Source: Acidobacteriota bacterium (lineage in GTDB: Bacteria > Acidobacteriota > Polarisedimenticolia > QHYA01). Taken from it: a DNA stretch of 47,105 nucleotides. The notes below the pieces were generated by a model. The model was not told the origin of the DNA. It was given only the letters and a program-made list of their open reading frames with translations, and searched no databases. Position numbers and translations under genes: made by a program. This document shows, in pieces, positions 41,707-47,105 of this stretch. The DNA is taken from contig QHYA01000062.1 of assembly GCA_003223995.1 (NCBI GenBank), positions 1-47,105 of the forward strand, given 5' to 3'. Numbering within the stretch: position 1 is the stretch's first letter; every line of letters begins with the position of its first letter.

Positions 41707-43827
41707 CTAGGCCCCGAAGCGGAAGGGGACCAAGGTGGAACGGCCGGGTTCAATGGTGATCGACTTCTCCTGGATCTCGCCGGTCGGCGAGTATTCGACC
41801 CTCAAGCGGTAGGCGCCGGGCGCCAGAGGTCTGTCCAGCATGGGCACCTCGTCGAGGAACCGGTTTCGCAATTCCCCTTTCCGGGAGGCAAAGACGCGGC
41901 AGTTGCTCGGGTAGGCCTGCACCGACAGCTTCCCCATCTCGGGAAGCGGTGGATCGATCCGCAGCGATTTTCCTGGCTCCACGGTCACTTCGATGGGAAA
42001 CCGCAGGAACATGTCATCGTTGACGAGCAGGACCCTCCTGTGACCGGCCGGGAGGGTCAGCTCGTCGCCGGCCATGCCGATCTTCCGGCCGTCCTCCCGA
42101 ACCTCCAGCGGAAAGCCCTTCGGCTCGAAGACGACGCGTCCGTCGGGCAACCTGACGAGCGTGACGGGGCTCACGAGCCGCCGGACGGCATCCGGATCGA
42201 GATCGGCAGGGATGGAGATCGAGGCTGGCTGATGCCCATCAAGCGAGAGGGTGACGACAGCCCCGGCGCAGGGATCCACGCGGATGAGGTCCGGGGTCTT
42301 CCCGCCGGACGCCCCCCCCTTCACTGTGATGAGGGCCCCTTCGGGCACCGACCGCACGGGCACCTCGATGCCCCGGACAGGCTCGAGCTTCAGCGGCAGC
42401 TCGTCGGGAGCGACGGCGGGATCGACGATCGTCTCGGCCGATCGGCAGCCTTTCACCGCTCGCACCTTCCTCGGGCCACGGGCAAGCTCGAGACGCAGGA
42501 TGTCGCTGTCGATGAGGACGCCGTCGAGGAGGAGCTGGCTTCCCGGAGGATCCGTGGTGACATGGATAGCCCGGACCGGCGCGCCGCCTCCGGCTCCCCC
42601 CGCGCCTCCGTCGCGTCCGGATGTCCGTCTTCTCGCACCGCCGAGCTGGCGGGACGCCGGTTCTCCCGGGCCGCCACCTGCTGCGGAGACCTGCTTTCCT
42701 GCCCCGCGGTCCGCCATCATTCCCATTCCGTTGGATGAAACAGGCCGTTGGGCGCCCGCTGGCGGGACTGCCCGCTGAGTTCCCTGCTGACTCGAGAAGA
42801 AACCCGTTCGCCCCGCGCTCCCGCCGGCGCCGTCGAGGAGCGATTGCAGGAGCACAGCGGAGGCGATCACTCCTGCCGCGGCAACGCTTCCCAGCACACC
42901 GAAGAACGTGGCATTCCTGCGCCGGTCCGCCTGCGCCGCCGCCGGCGGCAAGGCGCGGGAGCTTGTCACCGCATCTCGCGCACCTGTCGGCGAAACGAAG
43001 ACGCTTTCCGGTAGGGCCGATCGGAGGGCCAGGCTCATCTCTGCCCCGCTGGAGTGACGTTGGTCCGGATTCTTGCAGAGGGCCTGATGGACCACATCGC
43101 TCACGGCGCGAGGAACCGACGGGTTCAGGCCGTGCAATGGGGGAGGCTCCTCGTTGAGGATCCGGTACATCACAGCGGAGATCGTGTCGCCCTGAAAGGG
43201 GCGCTGCCCGGCGAGCAGCTCGTAGAGAACAACCCCGAGCGAGAAGAGATCGCTCCGGCCGTCGAGCTTCTTGCCAGCGATCTGCTCGGGGGACATGTAG
43301 TTCGGCGTCCCGATGAGCGTCCCATCGGAGGTGAGGGAGGCTTCGGGGTGTTTCGCCAGGCCGAAATCGGTGATCTTGAGGGTCCGCCCCAGGACCAGCA
43401 TCAGGTTCGCAGGTTTCACGTCTCTGTGGACGAGGCCGCTGCGGTGTGCATAGTCGAGAGCCGCGCACGCCTGGATGCCGACATCGACCACCTGCTCCAC
43501 AGCCAGCAACTCCGGAGCGCGGGTGAAGCGGTCAAGCCCGACCCCCTCGATGTACTCCATGGCGATGTAGGGCTTGTCCTGCTCCTCTCCGGCATCGTAG
43601 ATCGTCACGATGCCGGGGTGATGCAGCTTCGCCGCCGCTCGTGCCTCCCGGAGGAACCGCTGGAGAGTCTCGCCCCTCTCTGCAGCCGGCATGGAGCCGG
43701 CTAGCTCGAGCACTTTGATCGCCACGGGCCGGTCGAGGCGGGGGTCGTGGGCCAGAAACACCCTTCCCATTGCCCCTCGCCCTACTTCCCGGGCGATCTC
43801 GAAGCGGCCCAGACGAAGCTGGCTCAT
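41707..43827 (-). CDS. Hanks-type Ser/Thr protein kinase with a TM segment and extracytoplasmic PEGA-like domains
   Basis: GRGAMGRVFLA (G-loop), VAIKVL, HRDVKPANLM, DFGLA and GTPNYMSPEQ. A TM helix VLGSVAAAGVIASAVLL follows, then a Gly-rich linker and PEGA-like IHVTTDPPGSQLLLDG. Confidence 0.93.
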   Translation of the reverse strand: MSQLRLGRFEIAREVGRGAMGRVFLAHDPRLDRPVAIKVLELAGSMPAAERGETLQRFLREARAAAKLHHPGIVTIYDAGEEQDKPYIAMEYIEGVGLDRFTRAPELLAVEQVVDVGIQACAALDYAHRSGLVHRDVKPANLMLVLGRTLKITDFGLAKHPEASLTSDGTLIGTPNYMSPEQIAGKKLDGRSDLFSLGVVLYELLAGQRPFQGDTISAVMYRILNEEPPPLHGLNPSVPRAVSDVVHQALCKNPDQRHSSGAEMSLALRSALPESVFVSPTGARDAVTSSRALPPAAAQADRRRNATFFGVLGSVAAAGVIASAVLLQSLLDGAGGSAGRTGFFSSQQGTQRAVPPAGAQRPVSSNGMGMMADRGAGKQVSAAGGGPGEPASRQLGGARRRTSGRDGGAGGAGGGAPVRAIHVTTDPPGSQLLLDGVLIDSDILRLELARGPRKVRAVKGCRSAETIVDPAVAPDELPLKLEPVRGIEVPVRSVPEGALITVKGGASGGKTPDLIRVDPCAGAVVTLSLDGHQPASISIPADLDPDAVRRLVSPVTLVRLPDGRVVFEPKGFPLEVREDGRKIGMAGDELTLPAGHRRVLLVNDDMFLRFPIEVTVEPGKSLRIDPPLPEMGKLSVQAYPSNCRVFASRKGELRNRFLDEVPMLDRPLAPGAYRLRVEYSPTGEIQEKSITIEPGRSTLVPFRFGA

Positions 43828-43903
43828 TCTCGTTGACCGGTGATGAGACCGGAAAACACCACACCGGTACGAATAACATAGTTAGCGCCACGGGGCCAGG
43901 CAA

Positions 43904-43949
43904 TCGGTCTGAGCGGCTGAGCGGGCCTGTCGGTCTGAGCGGCTGAGCG
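43904..43949. repeat. Tandem direct repeat: 20-nt unit TCGGTCTGAGCGGCTGAGCG twice, 26-nt period
   Basis: Exact copies at 43904-43923 and 43930-43949, separated by GGCCTG. Each unit contains CTGAGCG twice. It lies 77-122 nt upstream of the kinase start codon at 43827. Confidence 0.9.
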
Positions 43950-44058
43950 CCGATTGACCGGGATCGCAGCTACCCCTGCGACCGACGGGCGACGTTTGCT
44001 CCGCGCTCATCGGCGGCGGCCGCAGCCTGGAGCCGTCAGCGGACCGCGTTTCCTGAGA

Positions 44059-44751
44059 TCAGTGGATGGCAGCGTTCCTGAGGAAGCGGTTCAGGTTGCG
44101 ACGCTCCCACAACCGGGCGCGTGCGTAATGACGGAAGAGGGCTTCCCTTTCCTGGAATTCCTTCGAATGGGCCGACCGGCGCCCCCGGCCATCCTTCCGG
44201 ACTCCCAGCGCGGCATGGAGCATCTCGTGATAGACGATGTAGTCGACGAAGTAGTGAGGAACGAAACAGCGGTCGAGGGCGGGATTGATCCGGATCAGGC
44301 CGCGATCCCAGTTGTAGGAGCCGAAGTGAACAGAGCGGCGGCCGGGCCTGGCGCTGCGCGTTCCCCAGGTGATGAATACCTGGAGCTTGTCGCCAAAGTA
44401 CTCCTGGTTCAACCGGTCGTAGACCACCTTGAGGTCAAAGAAACTCCCCTGGTGGTTGATGGTGACGGATCGGCCTGCTGGATCGGCCTTGCCCGCCCGG
44501 TCCAGACCCGTCTCGCGGTAGAGCCTGATGACCTGCCGCCTGAGATCAGGCTCGGGTGTTTGGATGAACCGCGCCAGGGCGCGCAGGACACGGTCGGGGG
44601 CTTCGAGGAACATGCCATGCAGGGTAATTCCCATGGCGTCGCCGCCGTCCTGCCGGGCGAGCACGACTGAGCGCCGGTTGTCGGTCAACCGGAGCCTCAC
44701 CCGACGCGCCGCAGAACGCGATAGGTATCGCTGGAGCTGCTGCTGCCTCAT
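44059..44751 (-). CDS. Zinc-metallopeptidase-like protein (HExxH; SprT/DUF45-like)
   Basis: ..VHFGSYNWDRGLIRINPALDRCFVPHYFVDYIVYHEMLHAALG....SAHSKEFQ.. shows an HEMLH motif in a context resembling SprT-like/DUF45 proteins. The family assignment is tentative. Confidence 0.55.
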   Translation of the reverse strand: MRQQQLQRYLSRSAARRVRLRLTDNRRSVVLARQDGGDAMGITLHGMFLEAPDRVLRALARFIQTPEPDLRRQVIRLYRETGLDRAGKADPAGRSVTINHQGSFFDLKVVYDRLNQEYFGDKLQVFITWGTRSARPGRRSVHFGSYNWDRGLIRINPALDRCFVPHYFVDYIVYHEMLHAALGVRKDGRGRRSAHSKEFQEREALFRHYARARLWERRNLNRFLRNAAIH

Positions 44752-45114
44752 GCCCCTTCATCGCCCCCGGTTTTCCTGGTTCAGATCTTCCTGTGAGAGG
44801 TGGAACGACCCTCCTCGGAGAGGTGTGATTATCCTCACATGGAGCGCGCCCCGCAAGCATGGCAGGCGACTTTTCGCGTCCACGGGAGGCAGGAGATCGA
44901 CAAATAGCCGTCTCGGAAGCAGACGCCCCCAGATCTTGCGCTGTAGCGAAAATAACACGCCTTTTCGAGTGCTCTCGGTCCAATTGCCAGGCGCTTGCCC
45001 GCTGGATGACCCGGCCCTACATTGTGGGGGCATTAACGGTCGTCTTGCGCGTGCCCGACGCCGTCAACTCCTTTTCCTCGCCGGCCCAGCTGGGACGCGC
45101 ATGGAGCCACTCGC

Positions 45115-46500
45115 TTGAACCCTTCGAGGCTTGCCGCGTTCGCGCTTTGCGCTGTCCTTACGTTTTCACCCTTGGTCGGAGGCCTGCATGGCGGGGCCGA
45201 ACGGAAGAGTGTCTGGACACAGGCCGACCTGCCCGGCGCGCGTGGAACAGAAGAGGCGGCTTGGAAGTCGGTGGCACCCGCAGGAAAAGAGCCCAAGACC
45301 GACGGCGGCTTCTCGATCGAATCCGTCCGGCAGTTGCTCGAAGAGGCCCTCCGTGCATCCGGAGTGTCGAATCAGGAGGAGGTCGGCCGGTATGTGGCAC
45401 TCTTCCGGATGAAAGTGGAGGATATTCTCCAGCGCGCCGCCCGCCCACGTTCTCCCTACCGCCGGGCCCAGCGGCTGCATGCAGCGCTGCATGACAAGAT
45501 CTTTCTCCGGTACTCGGCGGCGGCGACGGGGATTGATTCGGTCCTCGACAGTGAGGAATACAACTGCGTGTCGGCGACGCTGCTCTGGGGAATCGCGGCA
45601 AGGCTTCTCGGACTAGAGGCGAGAGTCGTGGAAGGTCCCAGGCACGTGTTCCTCAGACTCGGGACCGGAAAACGGAATGTGGACATCGAGAGCACATCCG
45701 CCGACGGTTTCGATTTGCGGCGGAATCCGATTCGCTTCCGTCGCTTCATCCTGGCCTACAAGCTGGCAGCCCCCGAGGATCCGGCATCTGCAGACCCGGG
45801 ACGGACTCCCGAGAAGCGCTCCGAGCACGAAGCGGAGGGAGCATCGCGCGAGCTTTACGCCGCCCTGCAAGAAGCGCCTGGAGAGGGCGCCGCCGTCTCG
45901 CTCGAGCAGGGCGTGGCCTTCCTTTGGCACAACACGGCGGAGCGGCATCTGGATCAAGGAGAACCGCTCCAATCTGCCAGGGACTTCCGGGAAGTGTTCC
46001 GCCTGTATCCCGACCTGGCCCGCCGATCCGACGCTCTGGCCGGCTCCCTGGCTCGTGCCTTCCGAATCGAATACGAAGCTGGCCGGTTCGAGACCGCCTA
46101 TCAGATCGCGGCAATCGAGCTAGAGATCTTCGGTGAGAAGACCTCAACGAGAGACAGGTTCCTGGCTGTGGCTTCGAAACGCATCGAGGGGGCCTGCGAG
46201 GCCGGAAGAGCTGCCGAGGCGCAGGAGATCCTGGACAGCTCCCGCGCCCTTCTGTCGGCCCCATCGGATGGAACGAGGTTGGAGAGACAGAACGCTCCTC
46301 GCATCGCCGCGGCCGCCGTAACGACGGGCGACTGGCGGCGCGCACGGGAAATGGCCGAGCGCTTCGCCAGCGTCGAGGCCGACATCGTCGAAGGCGCTCG
46401 CTTCATCGAATGGGTCGAGAGCCGGCAGGTGGATGCTGCCGATCCGGAGCGTCAGACATGCAGGGAGCCGCGGCGGTTCTCGCCCACACCGGTGCGATGA
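45115..46500 (+). CDS. Secreted transglutaminase-like (papain-fold Cys-His-Asp) domain protein with a helical repeat C-terminal region
   Basis: TTG start followed by the signal-like sequence LAAFALCAVLTFSPLVGG. EEYNCVSATLLWGIAARLLGLEARVVEGPRHVFLRL....VDIEST matches the Cys...His...Asp arrangement of transglutaminase-like cores. The C-terminal half is TPR-like helical. Confidence 0.6.
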   Translation: MNPSRLAAFALCAVLTFSPLVGGLHGGAERKSVWTQADLPGARGTEEAAWKSVAPAGKEPKTDGGFSIESVRQLLEEALRASGVSNQEEVGRYVALFRMKVEDILQRAARPRSPYRRAQRLHAALHDKIFLRYSAAATGIDSVLDSEEYNCVSATLLWGIAARLLGLEARVVEGPRHVFLRLGTGKRNVDIESTSADGFDLRRNPIRFRRFILAYKLAAPEDPASADPGRTPEKRSEHEAEGASRELYAALQEAPGEGAAVSLEQGVAFLWHNTAERHLDQGEPLQSARDFREVFRLYPDLARRSDALAGSLARAFRIEYEAGRFETAYQIAAIELEIFGEKTSTRDRFLAVASKRIEGACEAGRAAEAQEILDSSRALLSAPSDGTRLERQNAPRIAAAAVTTGDWRRAREMAERFASVEADIVEGARFIEWVESRQVDAADPERQTCREPRRFSPTPVR

Positions 46501-46806
46501 ACGGTCTGCCCTGATGCTTCCGCTGCCGCCCTGGCCTTCACACTTCCGGCGGGGGAATTCAGTCCCCTCGAAGAGGAGTTCGCCCCAGAAGCCCCGGTCG
46601 GCGATGGTGAGCCTCAGGGTCCAGTCGGCTCAACTCCTGCAACCGACGATTCAGTAGTCTTCACGCCGAGGCCGCGAGAATAGGCTGAGGAGTTTCCGAG
46701 ACGCCGACGCGCCAGCTCGACGGCTTCACGCGCCTCGTGCGCGATTCTCTGCTTCTCATGGCGGCTGGATCATTCAGCTCATGAGTCGGCGCCGTGGTAG
46801 TCTCCC

Positions 46807-46863
46807 GGGACAGGATACTGATCACGAAATCTGCACACGGGAGTTTGATCAGTATCCTGTCCC
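46807..46863. repeat. Perfect 18-bp inverted repeat (21-nt spacer) directly upstream of the cyclophilin gene
   Basis: GGGACAGGATACTGATCA (46807-46824) and TGATCAGTATCCTGTCCC (46846-46863) are exact reverse complements. The RBS AGGAAAGGAG and the ATG at 46880 follow immediately. Confidence 0.9.
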
Positions 46864-46879
46864 ACAGGAAAGGAGACGC

Positions 46880-47105
46880 ATGAACATCAACGAGATCGTC
46901 GGCCACGCGAAGGTGGACCGGTCCAACCCCCGATGGAAGACGCAGATCCCGAAGCCCGAGAAGGCGACCTTCACGCCGGGACAGACCTGGCACGCGCTGA
47001 TGAAGACGAACAAGGGAGCGATCCGGCTGCGGCTGATGCCGGAGCTCGCACCGATGCACGTCACCAGCTTCGCCTACCTCGCGAAGCTCGGCTTCTACGA
47101 CGGGC
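46880..47105 (+). CDS. Cyclophilin-type peptidyl-prolyl cis-trans isomerase, 5' part (runs off the window end)
   Basis: The ATG at 46880 follows AAAGGAG. Product: MNINEIVGHAKVDRSNPRWKTQIPKPEKATFTPGQTWHALMKTNKGAIRLRLMPELAPMHVTSFAYLAKLGFYDG. TNKG.I.L.L....AP..V.(N/S)F..L...GFYDG is the cyclophilin N-terminal signature. Confidence 0.8.
   Translation, partial: MNINEIVGHAKVDRSNPRWKTQIPKPEKATFTPGQTWHALMKTNKGAIRLRLMPELAPMHVTSFAYLAKLGFYDG

Noticed and set aside
41593-42738. 381-codon plus-strand ORF and other alternative-frame ORFs over the Ser/Thr kinase gene
   Set aside because: The opposite strand encodes all the Hanks kinase subdomains. These alternative ORFs have no motifs.
46661-47059. 132-codon minus-strand ORF at the right end
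   Set aside because: It is antisense to the clear cyclophilin N-terminus with a good RBS, and its product is Arg/Leu/Pro-biased.
1-47105. CRISPR arrays, rRNA genes, large tandem arrays
   Set aside because: Reading through the window showed no regularly spaced repeat-spacer structure and no rRNA-like conserved stretches. The only exact tandem repeat is the 2 x 20-nt unit at 43904-43949.

Overview
High-GC (about two-thirds G+C by eye) bacterial chromosomal segment with about 40 protein genes, three tRNA genes (Ser-GCT, Ala-GGC, Sec-UCA) and one internally deleted IS66-family transposase. No rRNA or CRISPR array was seen. PEGA-domain Ser/Thr kinases, sulfatase-TPR fusions, sigma-54 activators and ECF sigma factors suggest an Acidobacteriota- or Myxococcota-like genome, but this is inference only.

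Layout:
- 1-8209: a 5'-truncated DUF11/Cna-B repeat adhesin-like gene, translationally coupled to a 1704-aa outer-membrane protein with three OmpA-type peptidoglycan-binding domains ahead of a C-terminal barrel.
- 8.5-10.7 kb: tRNA-Ser, the IS66 remnant and a small basic ORF.
- 10.7-13.9 kb: a GT4 glycosyltransferase (5' end apparently deleted and frameshifted) and a GH130 phosphorylase.
- 13.9-22.4 kb: housekeeping and envelope genes (YbaK-like deacylase, small ORF, clpB, MBL hydrolase, polytopic membrane protein, sulfatase-like/TPR lipoprotein).
- 22.6-24.2 kb: a toxin-antitoxin-like pair, tRNA-Ala and tRNA-Sec.
- 24.3-26.9 kb: three membrane protein genes (CCCC-motif protein, DUF2085, CPBP protease).
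- 26.8-35.8 kb: the most unusual region. A stand-alone HisKA protein and an NtrC-family activator sit directly upstream of a perfect sigma-54 promoter. That promoter drives a tightly coupled operon: unknown 111-aa protein, GAF-PP2C phosphatase, receiver, unknown 73-aa protein, an MglA-like small GTPase fused to a GAF-histidine kinase, a kinase with a degenerate ATPase domain, a STAS protein and a secreted protein.
- 35.9-38.0 kb: an ECF sigma operon with an anomalous sigma/anti-sigma junction.
- 37.9-43.8 kb: a Ser/Thr kinase, TPR-NHL and PEGA-PDZ-TPR envelope cluster. Two of its genes appear fused by a single extra G in a G4 run.
- 44.0-47.1 kb: an HExxH peptidase-like gene, a transglutaminase-like gene and a 3'-truncated cyclophilin gene preceded by a perfect 18-bp inverted repeat.

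All family assignments come from motif recognition by eye. No database search was run.
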